DNA of 34,902 nucleotides from Candidatus Methylomirabilia bacterium (GCA_046758965.1 JBHIBG010000022.1:1-34902); one strand, 5' to 3'. Counted from the stretch's first letter, positions 18,244 to 26,840 are shown. The notes: generated by a model from the letters alone, not told the origin. Program-made: numbers and translations.

Positions 18244-19470
18244 ATGGCGTTCAGGTTTCCGATTTTCATGGATAGCCACTCGACAACGCCGGTGGACGCC
18301 CGGGTGTTGGAGCTGATGATTCCGTACTTCACCGAGAAGTATGGCCATCCGGGCAGCCGGAACCACTCCTTCGGCTGGGAAGCTGAGAAGGCGGTGGACG
18401 GAGCCCGTGAGCAGATCGCCAAGCTGGTCGGCGCTCGGGACCCCAAGGAGATTGTCTTCACCTCGGGCGGAACCGAGTCGATCAACCTGGCGATCAAGGG
18501 CGTTGCCGAGATGTATCGGGAGAAGGGGAACCACATCGTCACCACGGCCGTCGAGCAGCGCGCGGGCATCGACGTGGCGAAGCGCCTCGAGCGGCAGGGG
18601 TGCACGGTGACGTACCTCCCGGTTGGGCAGGACGGGCTGGTGGACGTGGAGGAGATCCGGAAGGCGATCACCGACAAGACCATCCTGATCTCGGTCATGT
18701 TCGCCAACAACGAGATCGGCACGATCCAGCCGATCCCGGAGATTGGCAAGCTGGCCAAGGAGAAGGGGATTCTCCTTCACACCGACGCCACGCAGGCGAT
18801 AGGGAAGATCCCGGTGAATGTAGAAACCATGGGGATTGACCTCCTCTCCTGCACGGCTCACATGATCTACGGGCCCAAGGGCGTTGGCGCGCTGTACGTC
18901 CGCCGGAAGAACCCGCGGGTCCGGATCGCCTCCATGGTGGACGGGGGCGGCCACGAGCGGGGCATGCGCTCAGGCACCGTGCCGGTACCGCTGGCCGTGG
19001 GCTTTGGGAAGGCGGCAGAGATCTGCCAGGAGGTCATGCCCGAAGAGTCGGCCAGGCTCAAGGGCTTGAGGGACAGGCTCCAGGACATGATCCTGACATC
19101 CCTGGACCACGTCTATCTGAACGGCCACCCGGAACGGCGTCTCCCCCACAACCTGAACGTCTCGTTCGCGTACGTGGAGGGCGAGTCGGTGCTGATGGGC
19201 CTGAACAAGGAGGTCGCCATCTCCTCGGGCTCGGCATGCACCTCGTCCACCCTGGAGCCCTCGTACGTGATCGCGGCTCTGGGGGTGGACTCGGAGCTGG
19301 CTCACTCCTCTATCCGCTTTGGACTCCACCGGTTGAGCACGGAGGCGGAGGTCGACTATGTCGGGAAGCGGGCCATCGAGGTCGTGAACCGTCTCAGGGA
19401 GATGTCCCCGCTCTACGAAATGGCCAAGGAGGGCCTAGACCTCAAGTCACTGCAGCGGAAAGGGGAATAG
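18244..19470 (+). CDS. iscS: IscS-type cysteine desulfurase homologue lacking the PLP lysine (probable pseudoenzyme)
   Basis: IscS-subfamily features (FTSGGTES, HTDATQ, RRKNPRVR, GGGHERGMRSGT, SSGSACTS, LREMSPLYEM), but EQRA replaces EHKA and AHMIYGPKG replaces HKIYGPKG. Confidence 0.92.
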   Translation: MAFRFPIFMDSHSTTPVDARVLELMIPYFTEKYGHPGSRNHSFGWEAEKAVDGAREQIAKLVGARDPKEIVFTSGGTESINLAIKGVAEMYREKGNHIVTTAVEQRAGIDVAKRLERQGCTVTYLPVGQDGLVDVEEIRKAITDKTILISVMFANNEIGTIQPIPEIGKLAKEKGILLHTDATQAIGKIPVNVETMGIDLLSCTAHMIYGPKGVGALYVRRKNPRVRIASMVDGGGHERGMRSGTVPVPLAVGFGKAAEICQEVMPEESARLKGLRDRLQDMILTSLDHVYLNGHPERRLPHNLNVSFAYVEGESVLMGLNKEVAISSGSACTSSTLEPSYVIAALGVDSELAHSSIRFGLHRLSTEAEVDYVGKRAIEVVNRLREMSPLYEMAKEGLDLKSLQRKGE

Positions 19471-19500
19471 CCGTCACCGGACGATAGAGAGGCGAGAGAT

Positions 19501-19917
19501 ATGGCATACAGCGACAAGGTGATCGATCACTATAACAACCCCCGCAACGTGGGCTCCTTCGCCAAGGGCACCCCGGGCGTGGGGACCGGGCTCGTGGGCG
19601 CGCCGGAGTGCGGCGACGTCATGAAGCTCCAGATCAAGGTGAACCTGGACACCGGGCTCATCGAGGACGCCAAGTTCAAGACGTTCGGGTGCGGCAGCGC
19701 CATCGCCTCTTCCAGCCTGGCTACCGAGTGGCTCAAGGGTAAGAGCGTGGAGGAGGCCAAAGCCATCAAGAACACGGAGATCGTCAACGAGTTGAAGCTA
19801 CCCCCCGTCAAAATTCACTGCTCAGTCCTGGCTGAGGACGCCATCAAGGCCGCCCTCGTGGACTATGAAGAGAAGTGGCGTGAGAAGGACTCCGGGGTGG
19901 CCACCTCTACGTCCTAA
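19501..19917 (+). CDS. iscU: Fe-S scaffold IscU
   Basis: YSDKVIDHYNNPRNVG, GAPECGD, FGCGSAIASSS, LPPVKIHCS: all three Cys and the HscA-binding motif present. Confidence 0.97.
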   Translation: MAYSDKVIDHYNNPRNVGSFAKGTPGVGTGLVGAPECGDVMKLQIKVNLDTGLIEDAKFKTFGCGSAIASSSLATEWLKGKSVEEAKAIKNTEIVNELKLPPVKIHCSVLAEDAIKAALVDYEEKWREKDSGVATSTS

Positions 19918-19955
19918 GGGCTCAGGGCGATCTCGACCGAAGGAGGATCACGCGA

Positions 19956-20282
19956 ATGCCAGTGCAACTCAGCGAGGCTGCGGTCGCGCAGGTCAAGAAG
20001 CTGCTGGAGGAGCAGAAACTCCAGGGCGCCTTCTTACGAATGGGGGTGAAGGGCGGAGGCTGCTCGGGCCTCTCCTACTCCCTGGAGTTCGACACGGAGC
20101 TTGGCCCCCACGATAAGAGCTTTGAGGTGGACGGGATCACGGTGGTGGTGGACGCCAAGAGCTACCTCTATCTGGTCGGGACCACCCTGGATTACGTCAC
20201 CCAGGGGCTGACCGGGGGCTTCACGTTTCTGAATCCCAAAGCGAAGTCGACCTGCGGCTGCGGGACCTCGTTCTCGGCTTAG
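19956..20282 (+). CDS. iscA: A-type Fe-S carrier IscA
   Basis: GGGCSGLSY and CGCGTSF. Confidence 0.95.
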   Translation: MPVQLSEAAVAQVKKLLEEQKLQGAFLRMGVKGGGCSGLSYSLEFDTELGPHDKSFEVDGITVVVDAKSYLYLVGTTLDYVTQGLTGGFTFLNPKAKSTCGCGTSFSA

Positions 20283-20360
20283 CCAGGCGTAGTCGGACGG
20301 GCCCGGATGCCAGAGGTGAGGCGAATCGAGAGGTCGTGAACTCTCGAGGGGAGGCGAGTC

Positions 20361-20394
20361 GGAAACGGGCCCGGGGCGGGCCTGTTTCCATTTT
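20361..20394 (+). terminator. Intergenic hairpin, possibly a weak terminator or mRNA stabiliser, before hscB
   Basis: GGAAACGGGCCC-5 nt-GGGCCTGTTTCC followed by ATTTT. Confidence 0.45.
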
Positions 20395-20400
20395 GGAAGG

Positions 20401-21009
20401 ATGATGGCCAGGGCGGACTACTTTGAGGTTTTCGGGTTTCCCCGGAGGCTCGACATCGACGGAGACGAGCTCCAGCGCCGGTTCTATGAGCTTTCGCGCC
20501 GTGTCCATCCCGACTTCTTCCAGACAGCGACTCCTGCGGAGCAGGCGCGAAGCCTGGAGTATTCGGCCCTGGTCAACCGGGCCTACCGGGCCCTCCGTGA
20601 CTTCGTCTCCCGCATGGAGTATCTGACCGAGCTCGAGGAAAGTCGCGAGACGAGAGAGGGCGCTGCCGGGATCACGCCGAAGGCGCCGATCGATCTGCTG
20701 AAAGAGATGCTGGAGGTCCAGGAAGCGCTTCAGGACGCCAGAGCGGGCGGGCTCGACGAGGCGGTGCGGCAACGTCTCCAGGACGAGCGGGCGCAGCTCG
20801 TGGAGCGGCGGGCGGCCGCGGAGGTGTCGCTCCGGGCGCTCGGCCGGGAGTGGGATGCCGTCGCGGAGGGGAATGGTGACCGGAAGGGGCTCTTGGACCG
20901 GATGAAAGAGGCCCTGGCCGTTCGCGCCTATCTGACTACCGTGATCAACGATTTGAGCGACGCGCTTGGAGGAGAAGCGGAAGGGCATGTCCCGCATCGT
21001 CGGCATTGA
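20401..21009 (+). CDS. hscB: Co-chaperone HscB
   Basis: J-domain DYFEVFG..VHPDFF..VNRAYRALRD plus helical C-domain; position in the isc operon. Confidence 0.93.
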   Translation: MMARADYFEVFGFPRRLDIDGDELQRRFYELSRRVHPDFFQTATPAEQARSLEYSALVNRAYRALRDFVSRMEYLTELEESRETREGAAGITPKAPIDLLKEMLEVQEALQDARAGGLDEAVRQRLQDERAQLVERRAAAEVSLRALGREWDAVAEGNGDRKGLLDRMKEALAVRAYLTTVINDLSDALGGEAEGHVPHRRH

Positions 21010-22819
21010 CCTCGGCACCACCAACAGCCTGGTGGCGTACATGGAGGACAGCTTCGCGAAGGTCGCCCCTGACCGGGAGGGACGGGTGCTCCTCCCCTCG
21101 GTGGTGGCCTTCACCCCGGATGGCCTCCTCGTGGGCGATCCGGCCAAGCGGCAGATCATCCGCAACCCGGGGCGGACCATCTACTCGGTCAAGCGGTTCA
21201 TGGGCAGGGGGTACGACGACGTGAAGGATGAGCTGCGCTACTTCCCCTTCCGGATCCTCCCGAGCCAAGAGGTGGTCCGGATCAAGGTGGGCGACCGAGA
21301 GGTGACCCCTCCCGAGGTCTCCGCCCTGATCCTCACGACCCTCAAGGAGCGCGCCGAGGCCCACTTCGGCGAGCCGGTGGAGAAAGCGGTCATCACGGTT
21401 CCCGCGTACTTCAACGACAGCCAGCGCCAGGCCACCAAAGACGCCGGGTCGATCGCCGGACTGGAGGTCCTCCGGATCGTCAACGAGCCGACGGCGGCCG
21501 CGCTCGCCTACGGGCTCCACCGCCTCGCGGAAGGCCAGATCGCGGTCTATGACCTTGGCGGTGGCACGTTCGACATCTCCATCCTGAGAGTGAAGGGCGG
21601 GATCTTCGAGGTGCTGGCGACCAACGGCAACACCTACCTGGGGGGCGACGACTTCGACCGGGCCCTCGCCGACTGGATCCTGGCGGATATCCGGGCCGCC
21701 CACGGGATCGATCTCAGTGGGGATCCGGAGGCGATGCAGGAGCTCCGGCTGGGCGCCGAGGCGGCCAAATGCCGGCTCTCCTTCGAGGGCCGGACCGTCC
21801 TGACAATCCCGTTCCAGGAAGGGGGGCTCACCTACCGCCGGGAGATCACCCGGACGGAGCTTGAGTCGCTCATCGAGCCGCTGGTTCAGGCTACGCTGGG
21901 GCCCTGCCGGATGGCCCTGGCCGACGCGGGGCTCAAACCGGCGGAGATCGACGAGGTGGTCCTTGTGGGCGGCTCAACCCGGGTGCCGCTGGTCCGGCGG
22001 CGGGTTGAGGAGCTGTTCGGGAAGTCGCCCCACAGCGCGCTGAATCCCGATGAGGTGGTGGCGCTGGGGGCGGCGGTCCAGGCTGACATCCTGGGTGGCG
22101 GCATCACCACGATGCTGCTCCTGGACGTTACGCCGCTCTCGCTGGGGATCGAGACGCTGGGCGGGGTCATGAGCGGGCTGATCCTCCGAAACACCACGAT
22201 CCCCACCAGCGCCAAAGAGATGTTCACGACCTCAGTGGACGGGCAGACGGTGGTGGATCTCCACGTGCTCCAAGGAGAGCGGGAGTTGGCCAAGGACAAC
22301 CGCTCCCTGGCCCGCTTCGAGCTGCGCGGGATCGACCCCATGCCGGCCGGGATGCCACGGATCGAAGTCACCTTCCTGATCGATGCCAACGGGATCCTCC
22401 AGGTGCGCGCCAAGGAGCTCAGGACCGGGAAGGAGGCCTCCGTGGAGGTGAAACCCTCCTACGGCCTCACCGACGGCGAGGTGGAGCGGATGATCGAGGC
22501 GTCCTTCGCGCACGCGGAGGCGGACGTGGCTGCCCGAACCCTCATCGAGGCGCGGAATCTGGCGGAGACGGTGATTCGCGGAACCGAGAGGGCGCTGGCG
22601 CAGGGCGCAGATCTGATCGACCAGGATGAGACGGGCCGGATCCACGAGGCCCTGGAAGCCCTCCGGGCGGTCCGAGAGGGCGACGACCGAGAGCTGATCC
22701 GCGACAAGACGGATCAGCTCAACCAGGCCACGCTCCATCTGGCCGAGGTCCTGATGGACTCCGCACTCAAGGAGGCCCTGACCTCACGCAAGGTGACGGA
22801 GGCCCTGAAGAGCGACTGA
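20987..22819 (+). CDS. hscA: Fe-S chaperone HscA (Hsp70 family)
   Basis: GIDLGTTNSLVA, TVPAYFND, YDLGGGTFDIS, LGGDDFD, LLLDVTPLSLGIE; between hscB and fdx; ATG 20987. Confidence 0.93.
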   Translation: MSRIVGIDLGTTNSLVAYMEDSFAKVAPDREGRVLLPSVVAFTPDGLLVGDPAKRQIIRNPGRTIYSVKRFMGRGYDDVKDELRYFPFRILPSQEVVRIKVGDREVTPPEVSALILTTLKERAEAHFGEPVEKAVITVPAYFNDSQRQATKDAGSIAGLEVLRIVNEPTAAALAYGLHRLAEGQIAVYDLGGGTFDISILRVKGGIFEVLATNGNTYLGGDDFDRALADWILADIRAAHGIDLSGDPEAMQELRLGAEAAKCRLSFEGRTVLTIPFQEGGLTYRREITRTELESLIEPLVQATLGPCRMALADAGLKPAEIDEVVLVGGSTRVPLVRRRVEELFGKSPHSALNPDEVVALGAAVQADILGGGITTMLLLDVTPLSLGIETLGGVMSGLILRNTTIPTSAKEMFTTSVDGQTVVDLHVLQGERELAKDNRSLARFELRGIDPMPAGMPRIEVTFLIDANGILQVRAKELRTGKEASVEVKPSYGLTDGEVERMIEASFAHAEADVAARTLIEARNLAETVIRGTERALAQGADLIDQDETGRIHEALEALRAVREGDDRELIRDKTDQLNQATLHLAEVLMDSALKEALTSRKVTEALKSD

Positions 22820-23139
22820 TGGCGACATACAAGGTGACATTTCTGCCACAGAACGTGACGGTCGAGGTGGATGACTCCCACTTCCCGTTCGGGGACCACG
22901 GGCTCCCCGGATCCATCCTCGACATCGCGCTGGCTCGCAACATCCACCTGGAACACAACTGTGGCGGCAACTGCGCCTGTACCACGTGCCATGTCATCGT
23001 GAAGGAGGGGGCCGAACACCTCTCCGAGATGCAGCCGGACGAGGAGGACCGCCTGGACATGGCGGAAGGGCTCACGCTCCACTCCCGCCTCGGCTGCCAG
23101 GCAGTGGTCAACGGGGACGTCGTTGTCGAGATTCCTTAG
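22819..23139 (+). CDS. fdx: ISC [2Fe-2S] ferredoxin
   Basis: CGGNCACTTCH...SRLGCQ. Confidence 0.95.
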   Translation: MATYKVTFLPQNVTVEVDDSHFPFGDHGLPGSILDIALARNIHLEHNCGGNCACTTCHVIVKEGAEHLSEMQPDEEDRLDMAEGLTLHSRLGCQAVVNGDVVVEIP

Positions 23140-23153
23140 GGCGGGAGGCACGC

Positions 23154-23360
23154 ATGGGATTGACCTGGACGGATGCCGAGGAGATCGCCAGTGCCCTGAT
23201 GGAGAAGTTTCCGGACACCGACCCGCTGACGGTGCGCTTTACCGATCTTCACCGGTGGGTGACGGCGCTGCCGGAGTTCGCCGACGACCCCAAGGCGTCC
23301 AACGAGGGGATCCTGGAGGCCATCCAGATGTCCTGGCACGAGGAATACAAGGACCGATGA
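23154..23360 (+). CDS. iscX: Fe-S assembly protein IscX
   Basis: LTWTDAEEIA..DPLTVRFTDLHRWV..FADDP..NEGILEAIQMSW; ATG 23154 with GGAGG RBS. Confidence 0.95.
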   Translation: MGLTWTDAEEIASALMEKFPDTDPLTVRFTDLHRWVTALPEFADDPKASNEGILEAIQMSWHEEYKDR

Positions 23361-23377
23361 GGGGCCCCAACAGGCCG

Positions 23378-23620
23378 CTACCAGGCGATGGCGGAATCGG
23401 CGCTGAAGATGAGATCGAGGAGCGCGGAGTAGGTGAGGTCGCCCTCGCGTCCCTCCTCGGCGAGGCGCCGGACCGTGACGGCAGCGGGCAGGGCGGGGAC
23501 GTAGCCGCCATGGAGCAGGACCACGATCACTGAGGCCGCGGGCTCTCGGCATTGGCGCTCGATCACCGACAGCGCCGTCTCGGAGGGAGCCGCTGTGAAC
23601 AGGTGCAGCATCCGGGGCAT
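23378..23620 (-). CDS. DsrH/TusB-like protein
   Basis: 80 aa, MLHL..VVLLHGG..LTYSALLDLIFSADSAIAW; start overlaps the upstream stop (TGATG). Confidence 0.7.
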   Translation of the reverse strand: MPRMLHLFTAAPSETALSVIERQCREPAASVIVVLLHGGYVPALPAAVTVRRLAEEGREGDLTYSALLDLIFSADSAIAW

Positions 23621-23979
23621 CAAAAGATGATGGCGCGCTGGGCTTTTCCCACGAGGGCCGCAAGCTCTTCCTGGGAGATGGGAATGACCGGGTGGTTCTC
23701 CTGGTTCCACTCCTCCCCGCGCGGCGGGAGGGCGGAGGTTTCGACGTGGAAGGGGATGTCGAGCCGCTTGAGGTTCTCGCGGAACTTGGCGATGTCGTCT
23801 CCGTCCACCAGGTCGTCGGTGTTGGCGTCCAGCAGATGGACCGCCGGCCCGGTGAGCACGATGGTCACGTCGTTCTGTCCGGCGACCACGCCGAGCGCGA
23901 TGCGCATCGCCTCGAAGGCCCGCCCGGAGGCGCGGGGGTCCTCAGAGATGAGGATCAGGACAGGAGGCGGCTCGGCCAC
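23620..23979 (-). CDS. DsrF/TusC-like protein (DsrE fold, no Cys)
   Basis: VLILISEDP..RAFEAMRIALG..VLTGPAV..ISQEELAALV..AIIF. Confidence 0.75.
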   Translation of the reverse strand: MAEPPPVLILISEDPRASGRAFEAMRIALGVVAGQNDVTIVLTGPAVHLLDANTDDLVDGDDIAKFRENLKRLDIPFHVETSALPPRGEEWNQENHPVIPISQEELAALVGKAQRAIIF

Positions 23980-23983
23980 GAAG

Positions 23984-24307
23984 TCAGTTGAGGGCGAGAA
24001 AGCGATCGCAGCCGTTGATGAGATCGGTCAAGACCACGAGGCCGGAGTAGGTGAGGGTCTCCGGGTCGGAGAGCGGGAGCCCGCGCTTCTGGCAACCATA
24101 CGCGCAGACAAAGAGCTTGGCGCCGCGCCTGGCCGCCTCGCGGATCTCGGGCCGGTCTTTGGCATAGACCCCGTCGTCGATCAGATAGAGGTAGACATGC
24201 CCACCCCGCTCCAGAGCGGCGCGCGAGAGCTCCATCGCCGTCTTGAGGTTGGGATGATCGGGCGAAGTGGAGAGCATGAGGCCAAGCTTCTGCCCGTCGA
24301 GATTCAT
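23984..24307 (-). CDS. DsrE/TusD-like sulfur relay protein
   Basis: AALERGGHVYLYLIDDGV, LFVCAYGCQKRGL with the conserved Cys, SGLVVLTDLINGCDRF. Confidence 0.85.
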   Translation of the reverse strand: MNLDGQKLGLMLSTSPDHPNLKTAMELSRAALERGGHVYLYLIDDGVYAKDRPEIREAARRGAKLFVCAYGCQKRGLPLSDPETLTYSGLVVLTDLINGCDRFLALN

Positions 24308-24316
24308 CGGAGCATG

Positions 24317-24345
24317 AGTCTATCAGTGCCGCCAGTGGCTGTCAA
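24317..24345 (-). promoter_or_regulatory. sigma70 promoter of the dsrEFH-like operon
   Basis: Minus strand TTGACA-17 nt-TAGACT, 9 nt before ATG 24307. Confidence 0.7.
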
Positions 24346-24356
24346 CGCCGGTCGGA

Positions 24357-24375
24357 CCAATTCCACTGGAATTGG
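24357..24375. promoter_or_regulatory. Perfect 9-1-9 palindrome, candidate operator
   Basis: CCAATTCCA-C-TGGAATTGG in the divergent dsrE/desulfurase gap. Confidence 0.55.
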
Positions 24376-24426
24376 GGTTGCCAGGCAATTCGAAACTACG
24401 AGCTGAGGCTCACGAGGGATTCCGCC

Positions 24427-25581
24427 ATGCGTCGAGTGTACCTGGATCACAACGCATCCACGCAGGTGCATCCGGAGGTCATCCAAGCCATGCTCCCCTT
24501 CTTCGGCGAGCAGTTCGGGAACCCGTCAAGCATCCACGGGTTCGGCCGCGAGGCTCGGGAGGGAGTGGAACGCGCCCGGGAGACCATGGCCTCGTTCCTC
24601 CGCGTCGGGAAAGAAGAGATCGTGTTTACCTCCGGCGGCACTGAGTCGGACAACCTGGCGGTCAAGGGCGTGGCGGGGGCGAGAGGGTCAGGCCACATCA
24701 TCACCTCCCAGATCGAGCACCACGCCGTGCTTCGCACCTGTCAGGCGCTGGAAGGCCAGGGCTTCACGGTGAGTTACCTCCCGGTGGATCCGGACGGCCT
24801 GGTGGATCCCGATGACGTCCGCCGGGCTGTCAAGCCGGACACGATCCTGATCACGATTATGCACGCCAACAGCGAGGTGGGGACCCTCGAGCCGGTGGAG
24901 GCCATCGGCCGCATCGCCAGGGAGCGCGGCATTCCCTTTCACACCGACGCGGTCCAGACATTCGGGAAGGTCCCTCTCGACGTGCACGCCTTCGGTATCG
25001 ACCTCCTCTCGTTCTCAAGCCACAAGATCTACGGACCCAAGGGGATCGCCGGCCTCTACATCCGACGGGGCACGAAGATGGTGTCGGTCCAGCACGGCGG
25101 GGAGCACGAGCGGCGGCGGCGGGCAGGCACCGAAAACGTGCCGGGAATCGTGGGCTTCGGCAAGGCGGTGGAGATCCGGGCGCGGGAGATGGAGAGCGAA
25201 GCCCAGCGGGTGACCGCGTTGAGAAACCGGTTCTGGGACGGGATCCGAGAGCGGGTCCCCGAGGTGCGCCTCAACGGACACCCGGCGCGCCGGCTCCCCG
25301 GCACCCTGAACGTCTGCTTCAGGCATGTGGAGTCCGAGTCCATTGTTCTGGGGCTCGACCTCAAGGGCGTCGCGGTTTCGGCGGGCTCGGCCTGCACCTC
25401 CGGCAACGTGGAACCCTCCCACGTCCTGGTGGCCATGGGTGTTCCCCTCGACTGGGCCATGGGGGCCGTGCGCTGTACCCTGGGTCGGACCAACAGCGCC
25501 GAGGATATCGACCACGTCCTGGAACTCCTGCCGCGCGTCATTGAGCGGCTGAGGAGCCTGTCTCCGGCGTCGGTGTCGTGA
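24427..25581 (+). CDS. nifS: Group I cysteine desulfurase (NifS/IscS-like), catalytic residues intact
   Basis: YLDHNAST, FGNPSS, IEHHAV, HTDAVQ, SSHKIYGPKG (K200), RAGTEN, AGSACTSG (C323). Confidence 0.92.
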   Translation: MRRVYLDHNASTQVHPEVIQAMLPFFGEQFGNPSSIHGFGREAREGVERARETMASFLRVGKEEIVFTSGGTESDNLAVKGVAGARGSGHIITSQIEHHAVLRTCQALEGQGFTVSYLPVDPDGLVDPDDVRRAVKPDTILITIMHANSEVGTLEPVEAIGRIARERGIPFHTDAVQTFGKVPLDVHAFGIDLLSFSSHKIYGPKGIAGLYIRRGTKMVSVQHGGEHERRRRAGTENVPGIVGFGKAVEIRAREMESEAQRVTALRNRFWDGIRERVPEVRLNGHPARRLPGTLNVCFRHVESESIVLGLDLKGVAVSAGSACTSGNVEPSHVLVAMGVPLDWAMGAVRCTLGRTNSAEDIDHVLELLPRVIERLRSLSPASVS

Positions 25582-25985
25582 ACTACAGCAGCACGCTCAT
25601 CGACCACTTTCGGCATCCCCGCAACGTGGGGATGATGCGGAACCCAGACGGGCTGGGAGAGGGAGCCTTCGAGGTATGCGGCGACGTGGCGCGCTTCTAC
25701 CTTCGCGTGGCGCACAGACGAGTCAGCGAGGTGCGGTTTCAGACCTACGGCTGCGGACCCACCATCGCGGCGGCGAGCGCCGGGAGTGAACTGGCCACGG
25801 GGTTGGAGGTCGAGCGGGTCCTGGCCCTCTCCGCCTCCGACGTGGAGGCAGCCCTAGACGGCCTTCCCGAGGAGCGGCGCCACGCGGCGGACCTCGTTGC
25901 GGCGGCGCTCAGGGCCGCGGCTCGGGACTACCTGCGCCAGCGAGGGGAGCTAGTTGAAGCCCAGGGGGGAATGCACCATGTTTGA
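25578..25985 (+). CDS. IscU/NifU-N-like protein with only two Cys
   Basis: [32 protein letters not shown] replaces LPPVKIHCS. Confidence 0.85.
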   Translation: MNYSSTLIDHFRHPRNVGMMRNPDGLGEGAFEVCGDVARFYLRVAHRRVSEVRFQTYGCGPTIAAASAGSELATGLEVERVLALSASDVEAALDGLPEERRHAADLVAAALRAAARDYLRQRGELVEAQGGMHHV

Positions 25986-26679
25986 CGCGATACGACGCGA
26001 CATCCGGGCGGCCCTGGAGCGAGACCCCGCAGCCCGCAGCCGATGGGAGGTGCTCCTCTGCTACCCCGGCGTCCACGCCCTTTGGTTTTATCGGGTCGCT
26101 CACTGGTTCTGGGTCCGCGGGTGGGTGGTGACGGCGCGGTTTCTCTCCCACGTGGGTCGATTCTGCACCGGGATCGAGATCCACCCGGGCGCCACCATCG
26201 GGCCCGGGCTCTTCATCGACCACGGCATGGGCGTGGTCATCGGTGAGACGACGGAAACGGGCGAGGACGTGACGCTCTACCAGGGTGTGACGCTCGGGGG
26301 GACAAGCCTGAAGCGGGAGAAACGTCACCCGACCCTTGGCAGCAACGTCGTGGTCGGCGCGGGCGCTGCCGTGCTTGGCGCCATCACCATCGGCAGTGGC
26401 ACCCGGGTCGGGGGTGGATCCGTAGTGGTGAGCGACGTCCCCCCGAACTCGGTGGTTGTCGGGGTGCCCGGGAAGGTGATCTACCGGGATGGCAGGCGCG
26501 TCACCCCGACGGTCGACCTGGAGCATACAGACTTGCCTGACCCCGTAACCAAGGCGATCGAGCAGCTGATGACCCGGGTCCACGGCCTCGAGGCCGAGGT
26601 GGAGGCGTTGAAGAAGATGGTGGAAGGCGACCAACCTCAGGAGCAGGGGGAGCACGAGTGGCCCCACAAGACACGCTGA
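25978..26679 (+). CDS. cysE: Serine O-acetyltransferase
   Basis: [58 protein letters not shown]. Confidence 0.96.
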   Translation: MFDAIRRDIRAALERDPAARSRWEVLLCYPGVHALWFYRVAHWFWVRGWVVTARFLSHVGRFCTGIEIHPGATIGPGLFIDHGMGVVIGETTETGEDVTLYQGVTLGGTSLKREKRHPTLGSNVVVGAGAAVLGAITIGSGTRVGGGSVVVSDVPPNSVVVGVPGKVIYRDGRRVTPTVDLEHTDLPDPVTKAIEQLMTRVHGLEAEVEALKKMVEGDQPQEQGEHEWPHKTR

Positions 26680-26840
26680 CGCTGTCAGAAGCTTCCAACT
26701 ACCTGGCCATGGATCTCCAGACGCTGTCGCAGCTGGCGGAGGAGCGCTCCATTCCCTCCATGAGCGTGGACGGGCAGTGGGTCTTCTCCAGGAAGTCCAT
26801 TGACAAATGGCGCCGGCTGAGGGGGACTCGGGAGGTGTGA
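26658..26840 (+). CDS. Small excisionase-like HTH (HTH_17) protein
   Basis: [37 protein letters not shown]; overlaps cysE and dinB. Confidence 0.8.
   Translation: MAPQDTLTLSEASNYLAMDLQTLSQLAEERSIPSMSVDGQWVFSRKSIDKWRRLRGTREV

Noticed and set aside
20987..22819. Calling this gene dnaK
   Set aside because: Position between hscB and fdx, and the absence of grpE/dnaJ, indicate hscA.
23378..24307. dsrEFH as evidence of reverse-Dsr sulfur oxidation
   Set aside because: No dsrAB, dsrC or dsrMKJOP in the window; the proteins are short and divergent.
26658..26840. Excisionase as evidence of a prophage or integrative element
   Set aside because: No integrase, att-like repeat, tRNA or phage genes; stand-alone HTH_17 proteins are common.
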